Shown here in pieces: positions 1 to 10,179 of a DNA stretch of 57,927 nucleotides. A program made the translations under genes and the position numbers. Every line of letters begins with the position of its first letter. The stretch's first letter is position 1. Origin of the DNA: Bacteroidia bacterium (GTDB lineage Bacteria > Bacteroidota > Bacteroidia > AKYH767-A > OLB10); the NCBI GenBank assembly GCA_016788185.1, contig JAEUTF010000058.1, forward strand, positions 1-57,927. The letters run 5' to 3'. Under the pieces are notes generated by a model that worked only from the letters and a program-made list of their open reading frames with translations, did no database searches and was not told the origin of the DNA.

Positions 1-99
1 GGAAGCAACGGTCAGCTCACCGGATATGCCTGGGGACTTGACAAAAAAGACTGGCTTCTTCATCATGAACAGCATCGTGAACAACTCCGTTTGTTCTAG
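1..99 (+). CDS. ogt: methylated-DNA--protein-cysteine methyltransferase, 3' end only
   Basis: Frame 1 reads GSNGQLTGYAWGLDKKDWLLHHE...LRLF*, which matches the Ogt/MGMT C-terminal LTGYAxGL..K..LL.HE pattern; truncated by the window start. Confidence 0.8.
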   Translation, partial: GSNGQLTGYAWGLDKKDWLLHHEQHREQLRLF

Positions 100-155
100 C
101 GTATTCAACAAGTAAAGACAGCGTCAGCTGCCGGCAGGCATTGGTCATATTTATT

Positions 156-163
156 TATTTTTG
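156..163 (+). promoter_or_regulatory. Bacteroidota -7 promoter box (TATTTTTG) for the paaI-thiolase pair
   Basis: Matches the TAnnTTTG consensus, 10 nt before the ATG at 174. Confidence 0.55.
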
Positions 164-173
164 TTGAAAATTA

Positions 174-614
174 ATGCCAATGCAGGATCAATCGAAACTC
201 GCAGAGCGTGTGGTGGAGCGGATGTATAGTCAGGACTGGTTTAGTCAGTGGCTGGGAATTGAGCGGGTCTTGGTGGAACCTGGCAAGTGTATTTTGAAAA
301 TGTCCATCCGGAAAGAGATGCTGAACGGTTTTTCGATAGCACACGGAGGCATTACCTTTTCACTGGCGGATAGCGCGCTGGCATTTGCAGCCAACAGTCA
401 TGGTCAGCGGAGTGTGTCGGTGGAAACGTCCATTTCTCATACGGAACCGCTGATGGAGCACGATGAAATCATCGCGACGGCGCATGAGTTGAACAGAACC
501 AATAAAATTGCCATTTACCAGGTCACCGTGAGTAACCAGCACGGCCGCACAGTAGCATTGTTTAAAGGCACCGTTTACCGGACGTCAAAGGAGTGGTTCC
601 CGGAAGAAAAATAA
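174..614 (+). CDS. paaI: PaaI-family hotdog-fold (hydroxyphenylacetyl-CoA) thioesterase
   Basis: MLNGFSIAHGGITFSLADSA motif; 146 aa; adjacent to a thiolase. Confidence 0.85.
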   Translation: MPMQDQSKLAERVVERMYSQDWFSQWLGIERVLVEPGKCILKMSIRKEMLNGFSIAHGGITFSLADSALAFAANSHGQRSVSVETSISHTEPLMEHDEIIATAHELNRTNKIAIYQVTVSNQHGRTVALFKGTVYRTSKEWFPEEK

Positions 615-654
615 TGCACCGTTTTTTAGGTGATAAAAAATGAACTAGGAAATT

Positions 655-1860
655 ATGAAGGATGCATACATCATTTCGGGGGTCAGAACAGCCATCGGAA
701 ATTTTGCCGGAACACTGGCGCCGGTAAGGGCCGATGATCTGGCCGCTCATGTACTGAAAGCGCTTCTGCTAAAACATCCCGCCCTCGATCCGGCTGAACT
801 GGATGATGTGGTCCTGGGTTGTGCAAATCAGGCAGGAGAAGACAACAGGAACGTGGCCCGTATGGCCTTGTTGCTGGCCGGCTACCCTGTGACGGTTCCA
901 GGAGAAACCTTGAACCGCTTGTGTGCGTCAGGACTTTCAGCCGCTGCTTCCGCAGCCAGATGCATTAAAGCCGGTGAGGCCGGACTGTTAGTGGCCGGTG
1001 GTGTTGAGCACATGACCAGAGGCCCCTGGGTGATGTCAAAGACAAGCACTCCCTATGGGAGGGATATGCAATTGCATGATTCCAGTTTTGGCTGGCGCTT
1101 TGTAAATCCGCTGATGAAGGAAAAGTATGGCGTGGAAGCAATGGGTGAAACAGCCGAAAATCTTGCAGTGCGTGATTCGATCTCCAGAGAAGATCAGGAT
1201 AAGTTTGCCCTTTGGTCGCAACAGAAGGCAGAAGCCGCCAGGATCTCCGGCAGGTTGGCGCAAGAGATCATCTCCATTGAAATCCCGTCCAGGAAAGGAG
1301 AACCGCTCAAGTTCAACCAGGATGAATTTGCGAAACCTGCCACCACACTGGAAGCTTTGGCAAAATTAAAACCCGCTTTCAGGAAGGAGGGCAGCGTAAC
1401 GGCCGGAAACGCTTCCGGTTTGAACGACGGTGCGGCAGCCATGCTCATTGCGTCTGAAAAGGCGCTTACAACGAACAACCTGGCACCATTGGCCAGAATC
1501 GTTTCCTCAGCGGCTTCCGGAGTGCATCCCTCCGTGATGGGCATAGGTCCGGTGGAAGCAGCAAACAAAGCGCTGAAACTGGCGGGTATCGGATGGAAGG
1601 ATATTGACATTCTGGAGCTGAACGAGGCCTTTGCTGCACAAAGCCTGGCCTGTATCCGGGCATGGGGGCTTTCAGACCATGATCCTAGGATTAATCCGAA
1701 TGGCGGAGCCATCGCCCTGGGTCATCCGCTGGGAATGAGCGGTGCAAGAATTTTATATTCGGCAGCGCTGGAATTAAAATTGCAGAAAAAGCGATATGCC
1801 ATGGTTACCATGTGCATCGGAGTAGGGCAGGGTTACGCGATGGTCATTGAAGCCTGCTAA
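655..1860 (+). CDS. pcaF: 3-oxoadipyl-CoA thiolase (PcaF/PaaJ type)
   Basis: ANQAGEDNRNVARM, NRLCASG (catalytic Cys), NEAFA, GHPLG and MCIGVGQG motifs. Confidence 0.9.
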   Translation: MKDAYIISGVRTAIGNFAGTLAPVRADDLAAHVLKALLLKHPALDPAELDDVVLGCANQAGEDNRNVARMALLLAGYPVTVPGETLNRLCASGLSAAASAARCIKAGEAGLLVAGGVEHMTRGPWVMSKTSTPYGRDMQLHDSSFGWRFVNPLMKEKYGVEAMGETAENLAVRDSISREDQDKFALWSQQKAEAARISGRLAQEIISIEIPSRKGEPLKFNQDEFAKPATTLEALAKLKPAFRKEGSVTAGNASGLNDGAAAMLIASEKALTTNNLAPLARIVSSAASGVHPSVMGIGPVEAANKALKLAGIGWKDIDILELNEAFAAQSLACIRAWGLSDHDPRINPNGGAIALGHPLGMSGARILYSAALELKLQKKRYAMVTMCIGVGQGYAMVIEAC

Positions 1861-2993
1861 TCCTGACCACTGGCCACTTTACCGGCAGGCATCAGAGGTA
1901 TGGAAAAAGAAAAAACAGATCCCTTACCCGCCGTGCTCTTAACCCAGATCCTGCCCTGGTGCGATTCAATCAGTTTCCGGGCGATGCTTAACCCCAGTCC
2001 TGTACTGGACTCGCCCGCAGTACTTCTTACACTGGTTTTTGTGAAGGCCTGAAACAAGTACTTCTGCTCGGAATCCGGTATGCCCTGTCCCTGGTCGCTG
2101 ACACTGACGATGATTTCCGATTCGTTTTGTTCGGCGGTTATTTCAACGGTGGTATTGGCATACGAAAACTTGACCGCGTTTGAAATCAGGTTGCTGAGCA
2201 CCTGCGAAAGTTGCTGCTGATCACCGTTGACTTCAGGAATTCCATCCGCAATACTGTAATCGAGGTGGATGGCTTTTCGCAAGGCATAGGGCTGGTTTTC
2301 TCCGATACAGGATAGGATCAGGTCATGTATGAAGAATTTTTTAAATACCGGATGGGTGTCTCCCGATTCAATCCTGGAAACGTCAAGAAGTTTGTTCAGT
2401 AGTTCAAGCATCTGTCTTGAGGTGCTGTCAATGATGCTGAGGTAATTCCGGTGTTCCTCCGGCAATTTATCGCCCGCCTCCTGGGCAATGATGCTGGAAA
2501 GAGTCAGGATATTGCCCAGCGGATTCCGAAGGTCGTGAGAGGCCATGCCAAGGAAATAATTCTTTTCTTCGTTGAGCGCGTTCAGCTCCTGGTTTTTAAT
2601 CTCGATTTCCTTTTGCTGCGCATAAAACTGGAGGAGCGTGTTCACCTTGGCCCGGGTGATATCGATATCAAGGGGTTTAAAAAGATAGTCCATGGCTCCT
2701 TCCTCGAGTCCCTGAATCATGTATTTCTTCTCCTTGCTGATGGCTGTAACAAAAACGATCGGGATTTTTCTGGTCCTTTTTGTGGATTTGAGCATGCTGG
2801 CCACCTCAAATCCATCCATCTCCGGCATCTGCACATCGAGGAGAATCAGGGATAGATCTTCCTGGAAAGCGATTTTCAGGGCCTCTTCTCCACTGCTTGC
2901 CTTGATGATTTCTCGGTCATCATCGGCAAGCATACACTCCAGTGAGTATAAATTTTCAGGCCTGTCATCAACAATCAGAATTTTAGGTTTCAT
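1857..2993 (-). CDS. hybrid response regulator / sensor histidine kinase (REC-HisKA-HATPase)
   Basis: ILIVDD, LLDVQMP, KP; SHDLRNPL H-box; NLISNAVKF, DQGQG and GLGL boxes. Start reassigned to MKPK at 2993. Confidence 0.9.
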   Translation of the reverse strand: MKPKILIVDDRPENLYSLECMLADDDREIIKASSGEEALKIAFQEDLSLILLDVQMPEMDGFEVASMLKSTKRTRKIPIVFVTAISKEKKYMIQGLEEGAMDYLFKPLDIDITRAKVNTLLQFYAQQKEIEIKNQELNALNEEKNYFLGMASHDLRNPLGNILTLSSIIAQEAGDKLPEEHRNYLSIIDSTSRQMLELLNKLLDVSRIESGDTHPVFKKFFIHDLILSCIGENQPYALRKAIHLDYSIADGIPEVNGDQQQLSQVLSNLISNAVKFSYANTTVEITAEQNESEIIVSVSDQGQGIPDSEQKYLFQAFTKTSVRSTAGESSTGLGLSIARKLIESHQGRIWVKSTAGKGSVFSFSIPLMPAGKVASGQD

Positions 2994-3038
2994 AAACACG
3001 TGGTACAATTATTAATTATTCAGATTTTATTTTTTTAT

Positions 3039-3869
3039 TTACTGCGGGGTCCTTACCTGATAGATGTTTTGTCCGCCGTCAATGACATGCAGATGGGGCC
3101 GGTTCGTGAGTCCGGAAAGAGATTCGCAGGAGGTGAGACCGATGTAGCCCATGGGTCTTGTCGAAGAGAGGAGGGCGTCTACCAGCTTCTTTTGATGAAA
3201 TTCCTGGTAATAAATGAGCAGGTTTCTGCAGATGACAAAGTCAAATTCCTGAAATACCGGATCATGACCAAGTTCATGTTTAGCAAATCTGATTTTTTGC
3301 AGAAGTTCTGAACGAAGGATGGCACTGTTTCCTGATAAATTGAAATATTCACGCAGGTGATGGATGCCACCTGCTTCCAGGTAGGGTTTTACCGAGCATA
3401 GTACCTCCTGCAGGTCGACAACGCCACGTCGTGCAGCTTTCAAGGCCTCTGTGCTGAAATCCGTGGCATAAATTTTACAGTGATCCAGAAGACCCTGTTC
3501 CCGGAGCAAAATGGCCAGTGAATAAACTTCTGTACCATTGGCACAACCGGCATGCCATATTCTCACGTTTCCACTTTCATTTATTTTTTTCCTGATTAAC
3601 TGGATCATTTTCCTGAAAAAGGCCGGATCACGATACAGGCAGGAGTAGTTTATCTGTAACTCTTTGCGGATATTCTCGGCAACCTGCGGATTATTGATGA
3701 GCATATCTCTCAGCACAGCAGGATGTGGGATGCCGTGTTTTATTGAAAAGTACTGCAAACGCCTTTCCATGAAAAGCTGATGATAGCCTTCGAGCCGGAA
3801 GTTGTAAAGTTCTTTTACCACCTTCCTGATTTCAATTCCGGTCCTGCAATGCTCGCTGCGGAGGCTCAT
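3039..3869 (-). CDS. cheR: CheR-type protein-glutamate O-methyltransferase (diverged)
   Basis: IWHAGCANGTEVYS, IYATD and FDFVICRNLLIY motifs. Confidence 0.85.
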   Translation of the reverse strand: MSLRSEHCRTGIEIRKVVKELYNFRLEGYHQLFMERRLQYFSIKHGIPHPAVLRDMLINNPQVAENIRKELQINYSCLYRDPAFFRKMIQLIRKKINESGNVRIWHAGCANGTEVYSLAILLREQGLLDHCKIYATDFSTEALKAARRGVVDLQEVLCSVKPYLEAGGIHHLREYFNLSGNSAILRSELLQKIRFAKHELGHDPVFQEFDFVICRNLLIYYQEFHQKKLVDALLSSTRPMGYIGLTSCESLSGLTNRPHLHVIDGGQNIYQVRTPQ

Positions 3870-6800
3870 TGGAATAAGTGGTTTAAAAGGTTAACAAACT
3901 CTGTGCCTTCACCCGGTGCTGTAATATGTTCGTTCAGTCCATGTGAAAGGCTAATGTCCCTTTCTCCTTTTTTTAACGAATGACTTACCGCAATGATGGC
4001 CAGTTTCGAAAATTGCTGCCTGCTCCGGATGGTTCTCGCTACGGTATACCCGCTTTCATTGGATGACCTGTGATCCAACAGTACCAGGTCGGTTTCAGGA
4101 TTCGTTTCAAGAAATCCCAGGACGGATGAATTGTCATCAACGGTATGCACTTTCATGCCATAGGGTTCCATGATGCCCAATAGCCGTTGGTTATGTCCCT
4201 CTTTATCTCTTACCAGGATTACTTTTTTTCCAGCAAATGGTAAAGGGTTGAGGGCTTCTTTTGACTGGACCTGTCGGTGTGATTTTTGTTCAATGGCCGA
4301 CTGGATGATCAGGTCGGTTTCATCCAGTAAGGACTCGCTTTCAACCCTGTTTTTATGGATATAGGAGCCCGCATAATCTTTGAAAAAGACTTTCTCGCCT
4401 GCATCCAGTTCGCGGGCGCTGTAAATAATTACGGGGAGCCTGGCGAGGTGTGGATGTTCTCTGAATTGCTGCAGCACTTTAGTGCCCTTCGTGGCGTTTT
4501 GATTCAGGTCAACGATGATACAGTCGAAGGCCTCCTGCAGAATTTGATCCGGGATGGTCTCTTCAACCATGGCAAAGCGACAGACGATTCCTCGTTTTAT
4601 CAGCAATTGCCGGATGAAATGGCATTGTTGTGCATCGTCTTCAATGACCAGCACACGTCCCTTTACTTCCATGGATTGTTTGATCCGGTTAAAAAGTGAG
4701 AGGAAATCAGTTGCATCCAATGGTTTTTGGATCCACGACATGACGGGATAAGTCAGATCACCTTCGCCTGTTTTTGAATTGCTGACAACATGAACCGGGA
4801 TGGGATGGATCGCTGCATTATTCCTGATGCGCTTCAAAAGGTTCCAGCCGTTCATTCCCGGAATTTGCATGTCGAGCAAAACAGCATCCGGTTGGCTTTC
4901 ACAAATGCGCATGTAAGCGGTATCGCCACGCTGACAAATTTCAGTTTTATAGCCTTCCTTCAGGGCCATTTTTTCCAGCATTCCGGCAAAAACAGGATCG
5001 TCTTCTATGATCAGTATTTTCTTGGCATGGGAAGGCTCAGCCTGTTGATGGATAGAGCTTGCGGGAAGAATCAAACGAAAAGTACTGCCCTTGTTTTCTT
5101 CGCTGCTGACATGGATGCTTCCTCCGAGCAGATGAGTGAGTTCCTTGCTTATACTAAGTCCGAGACCAGTACCTCCGTATTTACGGTTAGTGGAACCATC
5201 CGCCTGCCGGAACGATTCAAAAATCAGTTGTTGCTTTTCTGCCGGAATTCCGATACCGTTATCCTGTACTTCAAAGCATACCCCATCCTGATCTTCAGGT
5301 TGAATGGTGAGCGTGACACTTCCACCGGCCGGGGTGAATTTAAAAGCATTGGACAGCAGGTTGCGGAGAATTTGTCCGAGCCGCAAAGTGTCTGAATGTA
5401 GGTGAGTGCCACTTTCCAGACGGTTGTTTACGGTAAAGTGAATACCCTTGCTCTTGGGTATTTCCTTCACTCCATCGGATAAATTCTTCAGGAATTCCTC
5501 CAGGTGAAAGTTGTTCTTTTCAAGTTCTGCTTTACCGGCTTCAATTTTTGACAGGTCAAGGATGTCGTTGATGAGTTGCATCAGTTCAGTTCCTGATGTG
5601 TGCAGAATATGGGCAAATTCAAGTTGTTTGTCGGTCAGATTTTGTGGACGGTTTTCACGGAGAAGCCTGGAAAGAATAATGATGCTGTTCAGGGGAGTTC
5701 TCAGTTCATGGCTCATATTGGCCAGGAACTCTGATTTATACCGGCTGGCCTGTTCAATTTGTTCGGCTTTGATGCTGATGGCTTGCCGCGCATCTTCCAG
5801 CTCTATGTTTTTAGAGGTGATAAAAGCGTTGTTCTCTTCCAGTTGTTTGGTTTTATCGACGAGCTCTTTATTGCTGGCTTCCAGTTCAATGGTCTTCTTT
5901 TGCAGGTTTTGTCTGGATATCTGCAACTCCCAGCTTTGCTTATTTAGTTTTCTGATGTAACTCTGCAACTCATTGTCACGGCTGGCGAGTTGCTTGTTCA
6001 GTTTTTGCGCCTGGTTTAGCAGCACATGTAATTGTTCTTCCGTCTGCTTGCGATCGGAGATGTCCAGACAGATGAGGATGTGCCTGATGACTTCTCCTTT
6101 TTCATTGTAAACCGGGCTGGTACTGATCAGACTCCAGAAGGGATCCTTATTGCTGTTGTAGAGCACCGTTTCAAAGGAGGAGGGCTTTCCTTTGAGCATC
6201 CTGATGCTCATCTGCTCGATTTTGGCTGAATCGCTCAACGGGCCCGTAAGCAGACTGAAGGGATTGCGCCCGATAAACTCACTGGTCTGAAAATGCGTGC
6301 TCTTTATAAAATGAGCGTTGTCCCATTCAATGTTAAGGTTCTTCGAAAGGATCAGAATACCGTGCTGAATGGTACTCGCCACGGTAGCAAGCGTTTGTTT
6401 TTCCTCCAGATTCTGTCGGAGATCGTTCTCGGATTTTTTCCGTTCCGTTATGTTTTTGGCTGAAACAACAACGCCGCTCACCTGGGTATGGATGAGAATG
6501 GGATTGAACCGTACTTCATAGTAATGGTAGTTTCCCTGAGCATTTACATTATACTCTATTTCAAATACCTCATTGTTCAAAGCGCGTTGATAGAAGCCGG
6601 CCCATTCTGCAAATCGTTCATGATCACCGCTTCCTTTCAGACGCTGAAGCAAACTTTGGCCATTACCGGTTTCAAATCCATGCGTCGCTGATAAAAATTC
6701 CATCCCTTCACGGTTAAATTGTACAAGATGGTACCGGGTATCAATCTGCCAGACCGGATCGCCCAGGTTGGTTATCAGGGTTTGTAAACTCGCATTCTGT

Positions 6801-7387
6801 TCAATTACTTTCTGATTGGATGATTTCACCAGTCTGGAATAGTAATAAACAATATAGACGGTAAGGGAAGTGCTGAGGAGCAGGGAGGCAAGCCGGGTAA
6901 TGTGGTGTAGACTTTCAGACTTTTCGACAGGCTGAACAAAGGGTATATCAACATAAATTCCCGTCACAAACAAGGCAATAGGGAGGCAGGCGTAAAGCAG
7001 CGGCGTTTTATTTTCCTTTTCATTAAACAATAAGAGAGTGCCGGTAGCAACCGGGAAATAGAAAAAGTTAAGGCCATCCATGGCGCCTTCTACTTCATTG
7101 GCGAGAAATAAATTGAAGTTTACGGAGAGGATAAATAGATTGCGGGAAAAGTCATACCAGCCATTTCTGAAAAGGACCAGGCAGCCAAGGTAGCAGACAA
7201 AGTTGAAAATACTGATCAGGGCACCGGTACGCAGGCCACTGTATATTTCCATACTGAGAAATAGAAGCGTGATCGAAAGGGTGGCCAGAATGATTCGGTA
7301 AATCAGGTTCAGTTGCCTCTTTTTACTTTCAGGGTACTCCCCGCTTATTTCCGGGTATAAATAATTTTTAATTTTACGCCGCAACAT
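3866..7387 (-). CDS. membrane hybrid sensor kinase: multi-TM N-terminus, 2 PAS/PAC, coiled coil, HisKA-HATPase, 3 receiver domains
   Basis: About 6 hydrophobic segments; PAC endings NITERK and DISDRK; FLANMSHELRTPLN; NLLSNAFKFT; YGGTGLGL; three REC-like domains. Likely start is ATG 7387 (ORF track uses 7432). Confidence 0.9.
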   Translation of the reverse strand: MLRRKIKNYLYPEISGEYPESKKRQLNLIYRIILATLSITLLFLSMEIYSGLRTGALISIFNFVCYLGCLVLFRNGWYDFSRNLFILSVNFNLFLANEVEGAMDGLNFFYFPVATGTLLLFNEKENKTPLLYACLPIALFVTGIYVDIPFVQPVEKSESLHHITRLASLLLSTSLTVYIVYYYSRLVKSSNQKVIEQNASLQTLITNLGDPVWQIDTRYHLVQFNREGMEFLSATHGFETGNGQSLLQRLKGSGDHERFAEWAGFYQRALNNEVFEIEYNVNAQGNYHYYEVRFNPILIHTQVSGVVVSAKNITERKKSENDLRQNLEEKQTLATVASTIQHGILILSKNLNIEWDNAHFIKSTHFQTSEFIGRNPFSLLTGPLSDSAKIEQMSIRMLKGKPSSFETVLYNSNKDPFWSLISTSPVYNEKGEVIRHILICLDISDRKQTEEQLHVLLNQAQKLNKQLASRDNELQSYIRKLNKQSWELQISRQNLQKKTIELEASNKELVDKTKQLEENNAFITSKNIELEDARQAISIKAEQIEQASRYKSEFLANMSHELRTPLNSIIILSRLLRENRPQNLTDKQLEFAHILHTSGTELMQLINDILDLSKIEAGKAELEKNNFHLEEFLKNLSDGVKEIPKSKGIHFTVNNRLESGTHLHSDTLRLGQILRNLLSNAFKFTPAGGSVTLTIQPEDQDGVCFEVQDNGIGIPAEKQQLIFESFRQADGSTNRKYGGTGLGLSISKELTHLLGGSIHVSSEENKGSTFRLILPASSIHQQAEPSHAKKILIIEDDPVFAGMLEKMALKEGYKTEICQRGDTAYMRICESQPDAVLLDMQIPGMNGWNLLKRIRNNAAIHPIPVHVVSNSKTGEGDLTYPVMSWIQKPLDATDFLSLFNRIKQSMEVKGRVLVIEDDAQQCHFIRQLLIKRGIVCRFAMVEETIPDQILQEAFDCIIVDLNQNATKGTKVLQQFREHPHLARLPVIIYSARELDAGEKVFFKDYAGSYIHKNRVESESLLDETDLIIQSAIEQKSHRQVQSKEALNPLPFAGKKVILVRDKEGHNQRLLGIMEPYGMKVHTVDDNSSVLGFLETNPETDLVLLDHRSSNESGYTVARTIRSRQQFSKLAIIAVSHSLKKGERDISLSHGLNEHITAPGEGTEFVNLLNHLFQ

Positions 7388-7794
7388 GATTTCGAATGTG
7401 CCTTTATGATTCTTACGCAGGGAAGAGGGCAAGTGTTGATCTGAATCTGCAACTTCCTTGTAAGTTTTTGAAGAAAATGAAAGGGCTTTTCTTCCTCTCA
7501 GGGAGTGCAGGACGATATTGACCCGATGTGTATCATACCCGGAGACCTTTAACCAGTATAGTTCCGGCTAAAAATGTGCTTAAGCTCCAGATTATCAAAA
7601 GGTTGTGTTTTGGCAGTTTCTGGTGTTTGAAAACAGATGACGGCGGACAGACCGAGTGGGATGTGGGTTAGGTCCGCCTTGGCTTTGTGTGTGCCGGATG
7701 AAAATGTAAGGTCGGTGAGTAATTTGTTCTTTAAAAATAATCCGGAATTAAAGGGTGTTCGCGTTTCAGCCCGGGTACTCAATGAAACGGTATA

Positions 7795-10134
7795 TCAGAA
7801 AGGATATCCTATGCCGAAGTTGAAAGTCGTATCACTCAGCTTGATGTTTTTTACCACCCAGGTTTCTCCGGTATCCTTTGACGGATCTTTCATTTTTACG
7901 GCGCCATCAAGCCTGAGAATGAAAAAAGTGAAATCGAACCGAATACCCAGGCCACTTCCGATGGCAATCTGATCGGCAAATGAATTCACTGTAAACACGC
8001 CCTCCTTACTATCACTGAATTTTTTCCATAGCCAGATGTTGCCTGCATCAAGGAAGGCGGCACCCTTTAATTTCCTGTAAATATCAAATCTGTATTCCAC
8101 ATTAGCGGTGATTTTTAAATCACCAAAGCGCTCGAAGTAATCTTCTTTTTTGTTGGCGCCGGGCCCTATTTGTCTAGTTCTCCAGGCCCTGATGTCGTTG
8201 GGACCTCCGGCATAAAAACTTTTCTCAAAGGGCAGGGATAGCGAATTGCCATAGGGTATGCCAAATCCGAGGGCCGTACGGAACACTGCCAGGGCATTGG
8301 AAAGTTTAACGGGCTGATAAAATCTGAAGTCGAAATCCGGCCGGAGGTATTGCGCGAATTTTACATTGAACAGGCGACTCGGATCATTGTTGTCAATGGT
8401 TTCTCCGTTTATTTTTTTTACCAGGTAGATGCTGTTACCGGCGAACTCAAGATTGGTGCGGAAGAAAATGTAGTTCTTTTTTAATTTCAATTCCTGATTG
8501 TTGAAGAGATAACTAACCCTTCCGTTGGCAATGAACTGATCGGAATATCCAAGTATGATGTTGGGGTCCTTCAGCTCCTGCAATTGTACCACAAAAGCGG
8601 GATCCAGTTTTACGTTCAGGTAGTTGATTTCTGCAGGGTAAATAAAGAACCTGTTGTAACGGGTGGTTTTAGTGGTGTAGTAATACGAGAGGTTAACCAG
8701 TCGTCTGAAATATTCCAGCCGGTTCTGGGTATTGAATCCAGCAGTAATGGAGGTGGATGGATTGCTGACCTTTTTGGGATTCCGGATGTTAAAAGGCCAG
8801 AGTCCCCTTGGAAAGGAAAGTGAAACTTCAGGACCGATTTCATAGGCATTGAAAATCGCCAGCTGCCGCGTGCTTTCATAGGTGGTATCGCTGAAATTCT
8901 GCTGTAGTTCAAGTCCTCCTTTGATTTTAAAGGTAAACGTTTCAGCACCCTTGAAAATATTTTTATTTCTGTAAACGAGGTTGCCGGCAAGTCCGAAGTT
9001 ACCCCCGCTGTTGGTGCCTTCCAGTTCAGCCTTGAATTCCTGACGGGCCAGGGGAGAGAGCAGAATAAAGCAGCGCAGGCTGTGCAAGGAATCTGCTTCA
9101 AGCGGATTGATAATTTCCGTTCGGATATTGACAAAGCGGAACATGCCCAGATCCGATAATCGTTTGTACGTGAGGTCCAGGTCGGATTGAGAAAAAAGTG
9201 AATCTTTCCGGATAAAGATATGCTCTGACAAATGTTTGGCGTGAAACCGGTTTTCGAGTTTTCCTTTCGAAATAAAAATGAGATTTTCGGCAAACGTGGT
9301 GTCCTTCACCACCAAACTTGAATATTCAATCGGGTCATAATCCACTTCAACAATGACCTCCCGGAAGAAACTTTTTTGGTGGTGTCCGCTTTCAACCTTG
9401 CCAAGGGAGTCGGTGTTGGCCGGTTTGGGGTTGGTGACGACCATCCACACATCTACCTGGTTTGTTTTAAGAGCGGAGTCTATGTTGTAGTAGATGTATT
9501 GCGAATTGAAGTTGAAATACCCCATGTTGCGAAGCCGGGAAGTGATCCTGTCGCGTTCATTCTGAAGAATGGTGTTGGAGAACACCTTGCCGGAGCTTAA
9601 CAGCGACGCGTTCTGATCCGCATAAATGATTGCGCGGATGACTGTATCGCCGATGTTGTAATTCAGATTCCTGATGGTATAGGGTTCTCCGGCTCTGATT
9701 TTATAAATTACCTTGGCTTTCCTTCTTTTGTAAATAGTGGTATCGCTGACCGACACGTTGAAAAAACCGTTGTTTTGAAAGAGGATACCAATCTGTTGTC
9801 TGGATTTTGTAGTGAGCGCGGTGTCAAGCAGCACCGGTTCTTCGCCGATGGCGGTCTTTACCCATTTTTTAAACCGGGTTTCCTTTCCTATCGTGGCCAG
9901 TTTATACACACCCAGGTGAAACCTGAAAACACCCAGAATTTTCCGGTTAGGCTTCTGCTTGATAATGGAAGTAATGTTTTCATTGTATCCCGAACGGTCA
10001 GTTTTAATAATATTTTTGTCGAGCAGGTGCTCACCTTCCGGAATAGTCCTGGTTACATTGCAACTGCCTGCAATCAGGGCCACCATCAACAGGAAAGCGG
10101 CATTTCGTATAAAGGTGGTTATCCCGTTCTCCAT
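7795..10134 (-). CDS. Omp85/BamA-TamA family outer-membrane lipoprotein (TamL-like)
   Basis: Lipobox-like IAGSC; POTRA-like N-terminal half; FYAGGPNDIRAW; C-terminal FNFGIGYPF beta-signal; divergent from trmH as usual in Bacteroidota. Confidence 0.85.
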   Translation of the reverse strand: MENGITTFIRNAAFLLMVALIAGSCNVTRTIPEGEHLLDKNIIKTDRSGYNENITSIIKQKPNRKILGVFRFHLGVYKLATIGKETRFKKWVKTAIGEEPVLLDTALTTKSRQQIGILFQNNGFFNVSVSDTTIYKRRKAKVIYKIRAGEPYTIRNLNYNIGDTVIRAIIYADQNASLLSSGKVFSNTILQNERDRITSRLRNMGYFNFNSQYIYYNIDSALKTNQVDVWMVVTNPKPANTDSLGKVESGHHQKSFFREVIVEVDYDPIEYSSLVVKDTTFAENLIFISKGKLENRFHAKHLSEHIFIRKDSLFSQSDLDLTYKRLSDLGMFRFVNIRTEIINPLEADSLHSLRCFILLSPLARQEFKAELEGTNSGGNFGLAGNLVYRNKNIFKGAETFTFKIKGGLELQQNFSDTTYESTRQLAIFNAYEIGPEVSLSFPRGLWPFNIRNPKKVSNPSTSITAGFNTQNRLEYFRRLVNLSYYYTTKTTRYNRFFIYPAEINYLNVKLDPAFVVQLQELKDPNIILGYSDQFIANGRVSYLFNNQELKLKKNYIFFRTNLEFAGNSIYLVKKINGETIDNNDPSRLFNVKFAQYLRPDFDFRFYQPVKLSNALAVFRTALGFGIPYGNSLSLPFEKSFYAGGPNDIRAWRTRQIGPGANKKEDYFERFGDLKITANVEYRFDIYRKLKGAAFLDAGNIWLWKKFSDSKEGVFTVNSFADQIAIGSGLGIRFDFTFFILRLDGAVKMKDPSKDTGETWVVKNIKLSDTTFNFGIGYPF

Positions 10135-10179
10135 AGCACGGCGCGTGTAAAAGTACAATTCAGATATTAATATTCTCTT

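Noticed and set aside
174-1860. paaI plus thiolase as a complete phenylacetate catabolic cluster
   Set aside because: No paaABCDE, paaK or paaZ in the window; these genes are commonly scattered in Bacteroidota.
7433-7794. Long intergenic region with a ggcggac/gtccgcc inverted repeat, as a possible riboswitch or ncRNA; 77-aa ORF 7549-7782
   Set aside because: Only a 7-bp stem, no recognisable aptamer motifs, and the ORF has no protein-like features.
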